DNA of 64,000 nt from a virus. Lineage: Duplodnaviria > Heunggongvirae > Uroviricota > Caudoviricetes. The notes beneath the pieces are model-generated. The model was not told where the DNA came from. It ran no database searches and was given only the letters and a program-made list of their open reading frames with translations. Below are positions 1-10,088 of this stretch, piece after piece. The DNA lies in IMG/VR virus record IMGVR_UViG_3300031760_000027, positions 20,159 to 84,158 of that record. One strand, written 5' to 3'. A program made the translations under genes and the position numbers. Each line of letters begins with the position of its first letter. The first letter of the stretch is position 1.

Positions 1-20
1 TTAATGCTTTAGAAAGAGAA

Positions 21-3000
21 ATGGCTCAATATTCAGCATTAACTTCTGCTTATAATCAATATGTTAATGCACAAGCTTCTGCCAATGAAAATGCCAAATA
101 TGAAAACATCCAAACTGGTTATGATACCGCTAAAGATTTAATTAAACGTGGATGGGGCGGTCAGGATGATGTTAGAGCATATGTAAATATGTTCACTCAA
201 GAAGATATGATGACTGCACCTGTTGATAAAGTTATAGCTAAATTTAATGAATTAGATGATAAAGTTGCTAATACTAGTTATTCAATGAAAGATTTCTTTA
301 CTGTAGATAGTGATGGTAAATCCACAAGTGAGGGTATTTTTAATTTCTTAGACGTTGTTAAAGCGAAAGCTAAACAAGAAATGCCTGAATTGGGAGATGC
401 TATTCTTGACCAATTGGTATCAGTTGATGAAGCAGGTATTTATTCGTTTGATTTTGATATTTTAGGTGGAGACCAAAAAGTAGCTGATATGCTTGGAGTG
501 GATTTATCACTTCTTCAAGCTATTATTCAAGCGGCTCAAGATGCAGGTTTTGAAGTTCAAATGTCTGATGCGTTGCCAGGATTGCAAGGTTTAACACAAG
601 AAATGGTCAATATGAGGGCAGAACTTATAAGACTTGGTGGGGATGCTGAAAAATTTGACTTTAATGTTTTATCTGTTGACGTTGAAGGGAAAAATGGGAA
701 AACACCTGAATTTGATAATAAAGTAAAAGAAATTCAAGAAACTATTGAAACGCTTAAAAATAGTGATTTAAATGACCCTCAAACTTTTGCGGCATTAAAC
801 TACGCTAATTCTCAGTTAGATGTTTTAATAGAAAAAAGGGCAAGATTTTTAGCTGACTCTCAAATGGGAGATATGGGTGTAGATTTGTCTACCGTATCAG
901 AAAAATATCAGCAAGTTGGAGTTCTTCTTGATGATTTTCTTTTAAAACAAAACAGATTAAATGAAGCTAGTCGATTAGGTTTGGATACTTCTGATTTCGA
1001 ATCTGAATTAGATAATGCACAACAAGATTTTTATAATGCTTTGGCTACTTTTTCTAGTGATGAATTAAATGAAATAGGATTACATTTTACTGCTGATTTT
1101 GATGAATTAACTCCCGAAGAAAAGGCTGAACAAATAAAACAACAATTTGAAGAAGAAAAGGTTACTTTACATCTTGACACTGAAACAGATACCCCACAAG
1201 ACCCTACAAAAGGTATGGACGGTCAACATATAGTAGTTGAAGTTCAATTTACTATGAACGGAGAAACGGTTGCTATTGAAGCAATTAATACCGTTACAGA
1301 AGCGGCTGAAGGTGTACCTAATGAAACAAATACTACAATGAACGTTAACAGCGAAGAAGCAGAAGCAGAAGCTAATGAATATGGGGAAGTATTAGGAGAA
1401 GCCACTAAAGATAGAGACACTCGTTTTATTACTAATTCAGATGGAGAGAAAAAACGAGTAAAAAGTTATATTAGTTCTTTAGACGCTATTCCTCCTTCTG
1501 TTCGTAGTAATGTTACAGTTAGTGGTTTATCTTCCGCTACTACAGGAGCTAAAGATTTGGCAAAGAATTTAGCAAATTTATCAGGAAAAACAATTAAAAC
1601 TTACATACAACAAATTACGGAAAAGAAAACTGTGTATACGGGTAGTAGAGCAGGTATGCCTAGTAATGTTCCTCGATATAACGGAACCGCTCATGCTTAT
1701 GGTACAATAACAAAATTTAGCCGAAATAACGCTTATGCTAACGGAAGATATTCAGGCGATTGGGGAGTTCCTCAAGATGAAGATGCTTTAATAAATGAAT
1801 TGGGTGAAGAACTTATTATTCATGATGGTAAATGGAGAATTGCCAATAATGGTAATATGGGATTTACACATTTAGAAAAAGGGGATATTGTTCTTAATCA
1901 TGAACAAACTGAGGAACTTCTTAAAAAAGGATATGTTTCTAATAGTAGAGGTGTATTAGTTGGTGGATTCTCACATGCAATGGGAACTACTGGAGATGCG
2001 TTTTCAGTAGGTAGTGGAGCAGGACGTACCACTAAAAAAACAACTACAAATAAGGCAAATAAATCTAGTGGAAATAAAAAATCTGGTGGAAATAATAATT
2101 CTAATAAGAAATCTAGTAATAATAACAACAATAACAATAATACAGCAGAAACTTTCGATTGGGTAGAAGTTAAAATTCAACGTATTGAAGAAGCTATTAC
2201 GCAACTTGACACTGTAATGGATAGTGTTTATAATACTTGGGGACAACGTAATAATGCTTTAGAAAATGATTTAAAAAAAGTTAAAGAAGAAGTTGATTTA
2301 CAAAGAAAAGCCATTACAACATATAATGATTATTTAAAAAAGATTGGATTGAAAGAAGACTATGCAAAAAAAATTAGAGAAGGTAAGTTACAAATTGAAG
2401 ATATTAAAGATGATAAACTGAAAGAAAAAATTCAGAAATATCAAGAATATTATAATAAAGTCGTTCAATGTCAAACCTCTATTACAGAATTAATAGAACG
2501 TGAAAAAGAATTGGCGGCACAAAGGTTTGATAATAAAGCTTCTCAATATGATAATCGACTGCAACAGTATGATACCAGAATAGAAGCGGCTGATGCTTTA
2601 TCTGATAAAGCGGAAGAAATGGGACGCTTAATGACAGGTTATTATGAAGGTATCATGAGAACGGCAGAGAATAAAAGGTTAGGGATTCTCAGAGAAGAAT
2701 ATGATGCCTTATTGAAAGAATTTAATAATGCCGTTGACAAAGGAAAGATTGCTAAATGGTCTGAACAATGGTATGAAATGGCTTCTACTATTGATGAAGT
2801 AAATCAATCTATTATTGAAGCAGAAGCGTCTGTTATAGAGCATGAAAATGCTATGAGACAATATAACTGGGATAGATTTGATAATAAACTTGAAAGAATT
2901 GAAGCTATCGCAGAAGAAGCAGAATGGATTGGTTCTTTACTTGAAGAAGGTAAATCTTTTGAAGAAGAAACTGGCGAATATACTAAATTAGGTAGTGCTA

Positions 3001-4844
3001 GAATGGGAATGCTTGCTATTCAATATGATACTTATTTAAATGAATCCGCTAGATATGCGGCTGAATTAAAGAATATTGAAAAAGATATAGCTCAAGACCC
3101 TTATAATCAGGATTTGCTTGACCGTAGGAAGGAACTTTTAGAAGCCCAAAGGGATGCTATTTCTAATGCGTTAAAAGAAAGAGATGCTATTAAGAGTCTT
3201 ATTGAAGAAGGAATAGAAGCCCAACTTAATGCTTTACAAAAATTAATTGATAAATATAAAGAAGCTTTACAGTCTCAAAAAGATTTATACGATTATCAAA
3301 ATAATGTCACTGAAAATGCAGATGAAATTAGTAGATTACAAAAATTAATTTCAGCTTATCAAGGAGATGATTCTGAAGAATCCAGACTTAAAGTTCAACA
3401 ATATCAAAAAGAATTAAAAGACGCTCAAAAAAGTTTATATGATACTCAATATGATAGAAATATATCTGATACTGAAGAAGCATTAGATAAATTATATGAA
3501 CAATATGAAGAAACTCTGAATAATGCTTTAGATGATGTTGATAAATTAATTAGTGATGTTATTGATGGTGTTAATTCTGGTTCTCAAAATATTGTCGATA
3601 CAATAAAAGAAGCTACAGATAAATATGGTTATACTTTAACTACTTCTATGGATACTATTGCAAATGCAATAGGTAATCTTGTGTCTGGTACAATTAAAAA
3701 AGATATAAGTTCTTCTGACACTGGACAAAATATTAGTCCCGAATCTGGAGTAGATACTGCATCTAATCAAACTGCTAAAGAGGTTAATAAAGCTGTCAAT
3801 AATGCTTATAATCAAGCCGCCGAAGAGTTTAAAAAAGGACAGGCTACAAGTGCTATAGAAAAATCCGCAGGTTTAAGTGGAGATGGAAAATCTTATACAT
3901 ATGGTGATGGTACATCTGTTCAATTTAAAACTGACGCTACAAAAGGTGGATTCGTTAATGGCACTGATGGCAAACAATATTATTTTGACAGTAGTGGTAT
4001 GGTAGGTATTGGTGGTGGATTACAAACTATTAAAGGTTTTAAATATTATACAGATGAAAAAGGTGCTTTACAAACTGGATGGCAACAAGTTGGAGATAAG
4101 TGGTATTATTTCTATAAATCTACTATTCCTGAATATACTGGTAAAAATGGAAACCATTATAAAGGTGTAGCCGCTACAGGTTGGCAAAATATCAAAGATG
4201 AAAAAGATGGTAAAACATATCTTTATTACTTTGATAAAAATGGTGTAATGCAAAGTAATAGATGGAAAGATAGGACGGTTGGAGGAAAAGTTTATCGTTA
4301 TTGGTTAAAGAAAAATGGTAGGGCTTTCCAAAATGGTTATTTCAGTTCTGGTAAAACGACTTATTATTTTAACAAAGATGGTTATCTTTTAGATAAAAAA
4401 GGTGGTAAACCTAAAGTATTCTCTAAAATACAATATAAGACAGGTGCATATGGTATTACTCAAGACCAATTAGCATGGACTCAGGAAAATAAAAAAGAAG
4501 AAGCTATTATCAGACCCTCTGATGGGGCTATTCTTACTCCACTGTCTCATGGAGATTCTGTTCTTAATGCTAAAGCCACTAAAGCATTATTTGAATTTGC
4601 TAATAATCCAGATGATTACTTTAAATCTTATACTGATGGAAGTAATTATAATGATGTTCCTACTATTAATAATACTATGAATGGCGATATGAATATTCAA
4701 TTTAATATCAATGGTGCTAATATAACTGATTATGACACATTTAAGAAACAACTTACGAGCGACCCTCAATTTGAACGACTGTTAAGGTCTATGACTACAG
4801 ACCGTTTATTTGGTGGTAGTTCACTGAAAAAATATAAAATTTAA
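21..4844 (+). CDS. tail tape measure protein, 5'-partial (frame open to window edge); C-terminal cell-wall-binding YG repeats (CW_binding_1-like)
   Basis: 1607 aa with long coiled-coil heptad-like stretches. Poly-N/K low-complexity tract. C-terminal repeats of the type TGWQ..DGKWYYFD..G.M. Position is immediately upstream of Dit/Tal-like genes. No in-frame stop between nt 3 and 21. Confidence 0.6.
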   Translation: MAQYSALTSAYNQYVNAQASANENAKYENIQTGYDTAKDLIKRGWGGQDDVRAYVNMFTQEDMMTAPVDKVIAKFNELDDKVANTSYSMKDFFTVDSDGKSTSEGIFNFLDVVKAKAKQEMPELGDAILDQLVSVDEAGIYSFDFDILGGDQKVADMLGVDLSLLQAIIQAAQDAGFEVQMSDALPGLQGLTQEMVNMRAELIRLGGDAEKFDFNVLSVDVEGKNGKTPEFDNKVKEIQETIETLKNSDLNDPQTFAALNYANSQLDVLIEKRARFLADSQMGDMGVDLSTVSEKYQQVGVLLDDFLLKQNRLNEASRLGLDTSDFESELDNAQQDFYNALATFSSDELNEIGLHFTADFDELTPEEKAEQIKQQFEEEKVTLHLDTETDTPQDPTKGMDGQHIVVEVQFTMNGETVAIEAINTVTEAAEGVPNETNTTMNVNSEEAEAEANEYGEVLGEATKDRDTRFITNSDGEKKRVKSYISSLDAIPPSVRSNVTVSGLSSATTGAKDLAKNLANLSGKTIKTYIQQITEKKTVYTGSRAGMPSNVPRYNGTAHAYGTITKFSRNNAYANGRYSGDWGVPQDEDALINELGEELIIHDGKWRIANNGNMGFTHLEKGDIVLNHEQTEELLKKGYVSNSRGVLVGGFSHAMGTTGDAFSVGSGAGRTTKKTTTNKANKSSGNKKSGGNNNSNKKSSNNNNNNNNTAETFDWVEVKIQRIEEAITQLDTVMDSVYNTWGQRNNALENDLKKVKEEVDLQRKAITTYNDYLKKIGLKEDYAKKIREGKLQIEDIKDDKLKEKIQKYQEYYNKVVQCQTSITELIEREKELAAQRFDNKASQYDNRLQQYDTRIEAADALSDKAEEMGRLMTGYYEGIMRTAENKRLGILREEYDALLKEFNNAVDKGKIAKWSEQWYEMASTIDEVNQSIIEAEASVIEHENAMRQYNWDRFDNKLERIEAIAEEAEWIGSLLEEGKSFEEETGEYTKLGSARMGMLAIQYDTYLNESARYAAELKNIEKDIAQDPYNQDLLDRRKELLEAQRDAISNALKERDAIKSLIEEGIEAQLNALQKLIDKYKEALQSQKDLYDYQNNVTENADEISRLQKLISAYQGDDSEESRLKVQQYQKELKDAQKSLYDTQYDRNISDTEEALDKLYEQYEETLNNALDDVDKLISDVIDGVNSGSQNIVDTIKEATDKYGYTLTTSMDTIANAIGNLVSGTIKKDISSSDTGQNISPESGVDTASNQTAKEVNKAVNNAYNQAAEEFKKGQATSAIEKSAGLSGDGKSYTYGDGTSVQFKTDATKGGFVNGTDGKQYYFDSSGMVGIGGGLQTIKGFKYYTDEKGALQTGWQQVGDKWYYFYKSTIPEYTGKNGNHYKGVAATGWQNIKDEKDGKTYLYYFDKNGVMQSNRWKDRTVGGKVYRYWLKKNGRAFQNGYFSSGKTTYYFNKDGYLLDKKGGKPKVFSKIQYKTGAYGITQDQLAWTQENKKEEAIIRPSDGAILTPLSHGDSVLNAKATKALFEFANNPDDYFKSYTDGSNYNDVPTINNTMNGDMNIQFNINGANITDYDTFKKQLTSDPQFERLLRSMTTDRLFGGSSLKKYKI

Positions 4845-4858
4845 TTTTATATATATTT

Positions 4859-4895
4859 AGAAGGGTGCGTGTAATAGCGCACTCTTCTATTTTAT
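4859..4895 (+). terminator. hairpin (11-bp stem incl. one G-U, 8-nt loop) followed by ATTTTAT; partial terminator/attenuator after TMP
   Basis: agaagggtgcg / cgcactcttct inverted repeat, then T-rich tract, directly after the TMP stop codon. Confidence 0.35.
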
Positions 4896-4907
4896 AGGAG
4901 TAATACA

Positions 4908-5099
4908 ATGGATATAAATGATAATACAGAAGAATTACTTAAAGAATTAGAAGAAAAAATTTTATTAAATAAAAAGTACCAAGTTGCTCTTGAAGCTGAA
5001 TTAGAAGAAGTAAGGAACATAAAACAAGAATTAGCTGATATGCTTGTGGCTTTTAGAGAATATAATGAAAAGGTACTTGATATTATTATAGAAGATTAA
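4908..5099 (+). CDS. hypothetical small coiled-coil protein
   Basis: 63-aa ORF with AGGAG RBS 9 nt upstream; E/K-rich helical sequence. Confidence 0.4.
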   Translation: MDINDNTEELLKELEEKILLNKKYQVALEAELEEVRNIKQELADMLVAFREYNEKVLDIIIED

Positions 5100-5122
5100 T
5101 AAGAAATAAAGGGGGTATCTTT

Positions 5123-5926
5123 GTGTTAGCTTATGATTTTATGTATGATAATGAAAAACTAAGTGATAAGGGTTTTATTATTTGTAGCTTTAATGGAGGG
5201 AAAAGCGATAATGTCTCAAGTGGCTCAGAGATAACCTTTAATACTGTTTCAACATTGAATGGGGCTAAATGGGAATTATCCAGTATTGAATATAAAGATT
5301 GTTTAACGGCTACAATTGAGATTATGAAGAACCCTTGTTTAGACATTAATAATTTAGAAATTACAACTGAAGAAATAAGAGGAATAATGAGATGGTTAAA
5401 CCGTAACACTTTTCATGAATTTAGAATTATAAATGATGAATATAGAGGTTTTTATTTTAATGGTAGTTTTGATAAAATAGAAAGAATTGAATTGAATGGT
5501 GTGACTTATGGATTAGAATTAAACTTAGTTACAGATAGACCTTTTGCAATCCAAGATTTTATAGAATTTGAAAATATTGGTGAAGAAAATGATTGGTCTT
5601 TTACTATTAATGATGTTTCAGATGCTGAAGGGTATATTTATCCTAATATGGAAATTACTTTGGCAGGAGATGGCGATTTAGAAATTACTAATTCTATTAA
5701 TGATGTAGATATGATTATTAAAGATTGTACATCTGGAGAGGTAATTACAATTAATTATCCAATTATTGTTTCTTCTAATTTAAATCATTTAATACAAAAT
5801 TCTTTTAATTGGCAATTTTTTAGAATAGAAAATAATTATCATGATAATGAAAATATTGTTACAGTATCATTACCATGCACAATAAAAATGAAGTATTCTC
5901 CTATCGTTAAGGTTGGTTTAATATAA
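5123..5926 (+). CDS. putative distal tail protein (Dit-like), call by position
   Basis: 267-aa ORF between TMP and Tal-like gene. GTG start 7 nt after a GGGGG RBS. Confidence 0.35.
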   Translation: MLAYDFMYDNEKLSDKGFIICSFNGGKSDNVSSGSEITFNTVSTLNGAKWELSSIEYKDCLTATIEIMKNPCLDINNLEITTEEIRGIMRWLNRNTFHEFRIINDEYRGFYFNGSFDKIERIELNGVTYGLELNLVTDRPFAIQDFIEFENIGEENDWSFTINDVSDAEGYIYPNMEITLAGDGDLEITNSINDVDMIIKDCTSGEVITINYPIIVSSNLNHLIQNSFNWQFFRIENNYHDNENIVTVSLPCTIKMKYSPIVKVGLI

Positions 5927-5938
5927 TGGGGGATTAAT

Positions 5939-8900
5939 ATGGCAATTAAAATAAAATTTGATAAATCTAATCGTCCATTACAACCGACTTTTATTTTAGC
6001 AACTAAAAGTGGAAAACGATTAGGTTTACTAAATGCACAAGGGGTTCATATTGTTGATTATTTAGAACAACCTTGTGAATTTACTTTTTCAGTAAATAAA
6101 TTTTTAAATAATGTTGAAGACCCTTTATGGGATGAAATAAAAAATTTTAGATTAGCTTATTGTATAGAATGGGATACGTGGTTCGAACTTGTTTTAAATA
6201 TAGAAGAAAGTACAGAAACTATTAAAAATTTATCTGCAACTGCATTGTGTGAAGCAGAATTATCTCAAACAAATTTATACAATATAGAAATTAATACCGA
6301 AAATGATATTGAAAGAGAAGATTATATTCCCAATATTATTTTTAATCCTGATAATCCAAAAGAATCTATATTACACAGAGTTTTATCGAAAGCATCGAAT
6401 TATAGTATAGGAACTGTATCTGAATCTATTCGTGGATTACAAAGAACTTTTACTTTTGATTCAACATCTATTCATGATGCGTTAAATAATATTGCCAGTG
6501 AAATAGGATGTATTTTTATATATGATAATAGTGCTGATGAAAATGGTAACCCTAAAAGAATGGTCAGTGCTTATGATTTAGAAAATAAATGCGTAGAATG
6601 TGGTTATCGTGGAGAATTTTCAGGTGTTTGTCCTAAATGTGGTTCTGGTGAAATTCAAGAGGGATATGGTCAAGATACAACAATTTTTGTAACTGCTGAT
6701 GAATTAACTGATAAAATTAATTTTTCAACAAATACAGATGCTGTAAAAAACGTATTTAAACTTGAAGGTGGAGATGATTTAATGACAGCTACCATTAGAA
6801 ATGCAAATCCTAATGGTGGAGACTATCTTTGGTATATCACAGATGATATGAAAATAGATATGTCTGATGAATTGGTTGGGAAATTAGAAGAATATGATAC
6901 AATATATAACTCTTATAATGAGGGCGAAAATATTGATTTAGATTCTTCTTTAGTAAGTTCTTATAATAATTTATATGAAAAGTATAAAGATGGTAATACT
7001 GAATTAGAAAAAATTACTACTCCTTTAACTGGCTTTTCTGAATTGATGACAATCTATTATTATACCATAGATTTTGATTCTTATTTATCTGATGAAATGA
7101 TGCCCACTTTTAAATTGGCAGATACAACAGCAGAAGAACAAGCTGAAAAATTAACTAATAATACCATGTCCCCTTGTGCGGTATCTAAATTAGATTCATT
7201 AGTTTTAACATCAGCAAATAATGTGGTTTTATCTAAAGCGAAATCTATTGTTGATGCTAGATATAAAATAGAAGTTGAATCAGCTACTTTTAATAAAAAT
7301 GAATTAACTTGGACAGGTACTTTAGTTATTACAAATTATGCAGATGAAGAAGATACTGCGACAACAGAAGAGTTAACAATTTTATTTAATGATGATTTAG
7401 CTACATATTTAAAACAACAAATAGATAATTATTTAGCAAAAAATACAGATAAAAATTTAAGTATTACTGAATTATTTGCTAAAGAACAAGCAGATTTAAT
7501 AGAAGAATTAAAAAAATATAATTTAAATAGTCTTTCGAATTTCCAAGATGCTGTTGAAGCTTGTAAATCAATTATGCAAGAAAGTGGTATTACAGGAGAT
7601 GAAAGGGCTTTAGTTTATCAAGAAATTTATACTCCTTATTTAGAAAAATCTGATGCTATATTAGATGCAATTGCAGAACGTGAATCTGAAATTAATCAAA
7701 TTAAAGCTTTAGAAGATAATATTGCTTCAATTAAAAATAGGATTCAATCGCAATTAGATTTAGAAAAATTTTTAGGGGAAACTTTATGGAAAGAATTAGC
7801 ACTTTACCGTAGAGAGGATAAATATTCAAATCCCAATTATACTTCAGAAGGACTTAATAATGATGAAGTTTTTGCAAGAGCATTAGAATTTCTTGAAACA
7901 GCTAAAAAAGAAATATATAAATCTTCAACGCAACAGCATTCTATTTCTTGTTCTTTAAATAATTTATTAACTATAGATAAGTTTAAACCTTTAACCAATT
8001 ATTTTGAAGTTGGAAATTGGATTAGAGTTCGTGTTGATGATAATATTTATAAATTAAGATTAGTTCAATATGAAATAGATTATGATAGTTTAGACACTAT
8101 TAGTGTTGAATTTTCTGATTTAACAACTACTATAGATGGTATAACAGACCAAGCATCTTTAATTTCTAAAGCTGTTGCTATGACTACTAGTTACGATTCT
8201 GTTAGAAGACAAGCAAATGCAGGAAGTGATACTTATACTGTTGTTAAAAATTGGCTATCTGATGGTATTTCTTCAGCTAATCTAAAAATGGCAAATGATG
8301 CAGATAGTCAAACACAAGTCTGGAATGAATCAGGAATGTTATTCAGAAGATTAGACCCTGAAACTCAGGAATATGATTCTGAACAAATGAAAATAATTAA
8401 TAATTCAATTGTTCTTACAAAAGATGGTTGGGATACAACTAGTGTAGCAATAGGTAGAATTTATTATGAAGAACCTGCTACAGGAGAAACTGTATTATCT
8501 TATGGTGTTAATGCCGAAACATTAGTTGGTCAATTAATTCTTGGTAATTATTTAGGAATATATAATTCCGCAGGTACTATGAAATTTGATGACGATGGTT
8601 TTATGGTAACGAATGGAATTAATACAGTTTCAATTAATCCTAATGACCCAGATTCTTTATTTACTATTACAAAAAATACAAGAGGGCAAGATGGCAGTAT
8701 TGTTACTACAGAAGTTATGTCATTAAATTCTGATGGGGATGGGAGTTTTAGTGGTAAAATTACTTCAGATGAAGCGCATATAGGTGATGATACTAATTAT
8801 GTAGATTTTACAGATGGAGTTTTAACCATTACTGCTAAAAACTTAACATTATTAGATGATGGCGATACTAATATTATGTTAAATAATTTATCAAATCTTA

Positions 8901-10078
8901 GTCAAGCTGATATTAGTCAAGCCGCTATAGATTTCTTAACTTCTGAAATGGTAACAGCAGGTACTATTTCAGCCGCATTAGTTCAGGCTGAACAAGGTGA
9001 TTTTGATAGTTTAACTGCTGATAATGCTTTTATTGATTTCTTAGAATCTAATTTAGTTGTTGCTTCAGAAATTAAAGTAAATGATTTAAAAGCTAAACTG
9101 GCACAAATTGATTCTTTAGAAGCTGATAGTGCTTTTATTAGGTATCTTGAATCTGAACTTGTAGTTGCCAGTGAGATTAAAGTAGATGATTTAAAAGCCA
9201 AATTAGCTACTATTGATACTTTAAATGCTGATACTGCTTTTGTTAGGTATTTGCAAGGATTATCAAATACTGTAATTGAAACTAAAGCCCAAACTGGTTA
9301 TTTTAGAGATTTAATTGCAGGTCAAATATCTGTAGATGATTTACAGGCAGGAGATATTGTTCTTTCAAATAATATGAGAATATTGTCTGAAAATGGAACA
9401 ATGGTAATGAATGGAAATGCCTTACAAATTTGGGGTAAGTATATAGATGATGAAGGTCAAGAACAAGATTATGTTGGTATTCAATTGGGATATGATAATA
9501 GCCATACTCCAAGTTTAATTTTAAGAAATGAAAATGGGGCTACAATTCTTACTCCTGATGGAATTACAAGTGATGCTATTGCTGACCAATTAATTATTAA
9601 TGATATGGTTAAAGATGGAACATTAGCTAAAACAAAATTAGGATTTGAAATCTTAGAACCTAATGAACAAGGTGGAATAGATATAACAAAAATATATGAT
9701 GGCGCACAAGAATTTGGAGCATCATATACCTCATTTAAAAATAATACTACCACAGCTTTAGAACAATTAGATGATAAAATAGATAATATAAATAATTATG
9801 ATTTATATATTGAATGTCCAAATGGCACGAATATTCATGGTGCTACATTAACTTTCAATGCAAAACTTTTTAATAATAATGTAGATGTAACAGATGAATA
9901 TGACCCATCATGTTTTATATGGACACGTTCATCACAAGATACATATGGAGATATATATTGGAATGATAGACATTCCACTGGAACAAAAACAATTCAAGTT
10001 ACGGCTAACGATGTAAGAATTAATGCTGACTTTCAATGCAAATTTGAGTATGAGGGTGTGACCGTAACTTCAGGTTAA
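5939..10078 (+). CDS. tail-associated/baseplate protein (Tal-like) with Zn-ribbon (CxxC..CxxC) and C-terminal tandem 35-aa repeats
   Basis: 1379 aa. N-terminal region follows Dit-like gene as in siphovirus TMP-Dit-Tal order. CVECG...CPKCG motif. Tandem repeats near the C-terminus. Confidence 0.45.
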   Translation: MAIKIKFDKSNRPLQPTFILATKSGKRLGLLNAQGVHIVDYLEQPCEFTFSVNKFLNNVEDPLWDEIKNFRLAYCIEWDTWFELVLNIEESTETIKNLSATALCEAELSQTNLYNIEINTENDIEREDYIPNIIFNPDNPKESILHRVLSKASNYSIGTVSESIRGLQRTFTFDSTSIHDALNNIASEIGCIFIYDNSADENGNPKRMVSAYDLENKCVECGYRGEFSGVCPKCGSGEIQEGYGQDTTIFVTADELTDKINFSTNTDAVKNVFKLEGGDDLMTATIRNANPNGGDYLWYITDDMKIDMSDELVGKLEEYDTIYNSYNEGENIDLDSSLVSSYNNLYEKYKDGNTELEKITTPLTGFSELMTIYYYTIDFDSYLSDEMMPTFKLADTTAEEQAEKLTNNTMSPCAVSKLDSLVLTSANNVVLSKAKSIVDARYKIEVESATFNKNELTWTGTLVITNYADEEDTATTEELTILFNDDLATYLKQQIDNYLAKNTDKNLSITELFAKEQADLIEELKKYNLNSLSNFQDAVEACKSIMQESGITGDERALVYQEIYTPYLEKSDAILDAIAERESEINQIKALEDNIASIKNRIQSQLDLEKFLGETLWKELALYRREDKYSNPNYTSEGLNNDEVFARALEFLETAKKEIYKSSTQQHSISCSLNNLLTIDKFKPLTNYFEVGNWIRVRVDDNIYKLRLVQYEIDYDSLDTISVEFSDLTTTIDGITDQASLISKAVAMTTSYDSVRRQANAGSDTYTVVKNWLSDGISSANLKMANDADSQTQVWNESGMLFRRLDPETQEYDSEQMKIINNSIVLTKDGWDTTSVAIGRIYYEEPATGETVLSYGVNAETLVGQLILGNYLGIYNSAGTMKFDDDGFMVTNGINTVSINPNDPDSLFTITKNTRGQDGSIVTTEVMSLNSDGDGSFSGKITSDEAHIGDDTNYVDFTDGVLTITAKNLTLLDDGDTNIMLNNLSNLSQADISQAAIDFLTSEMVTAGTISAALVQAEQGDFDSLTADNAFIDFLESNLVVASEIKVNDLKAKLAQIDSLEADSAFIRYLESELVVASEIKVDDLKAKLATIDTLNADTAFVRYLQGLSNTVIETKAQTGYFRDLIAGQISVDDLQAGDIVLSNNMRILSENGTMVMNGNALQIWGKYIDDEGQEQDYVGIQLGYDNSHTPSLILRNENGATILTPDGITSDAIADQLIINDMVKDGTLAKTKLGFEILEPNEQGGIDITKIYDGAQEFGASYTSFKNNTTTALEQLDDKIDNINNYDLYIECPNGTNIHGATLTFNAKLFNNNVDVTDEYDPSCFIWTRSSQDTYGDIYWNDRHSTGTKTIQVTANDVRINADFQCKFEYEGVTVTSG
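9005..9265. repeat. tandem direct repeat, period 105 nt (about 2.5 copies), in-frame coding repeat inside Tal-like gene
   Basis: DSLTADNAFIDFLESNLVVASEIKVNDLKAKLAQI / DSLEADSAFIRYLESELVVASEIKVDDLKAKLATI / DTLNADTAFVRYLQ... Confidence 0.7.
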
Positions 10079-10088
10079 GGAGGAAAAT

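Noticed and set aside
2040-2150. Asn/Lys homopolymer-like tract in the tape measure gene as a programmed slippage site
   Set aside because: Low-complexity linker regions are common in TMPs. There is no second frame with a plausible continuation.
9005-9265. Possible CRISPR array
   Set aside because: The repeats are 105 nt, degenerate, contiguous without unique spacers, and in-frame within a large CDS. No CRISPR-like repeat-spacer architecture anywhere in the window.
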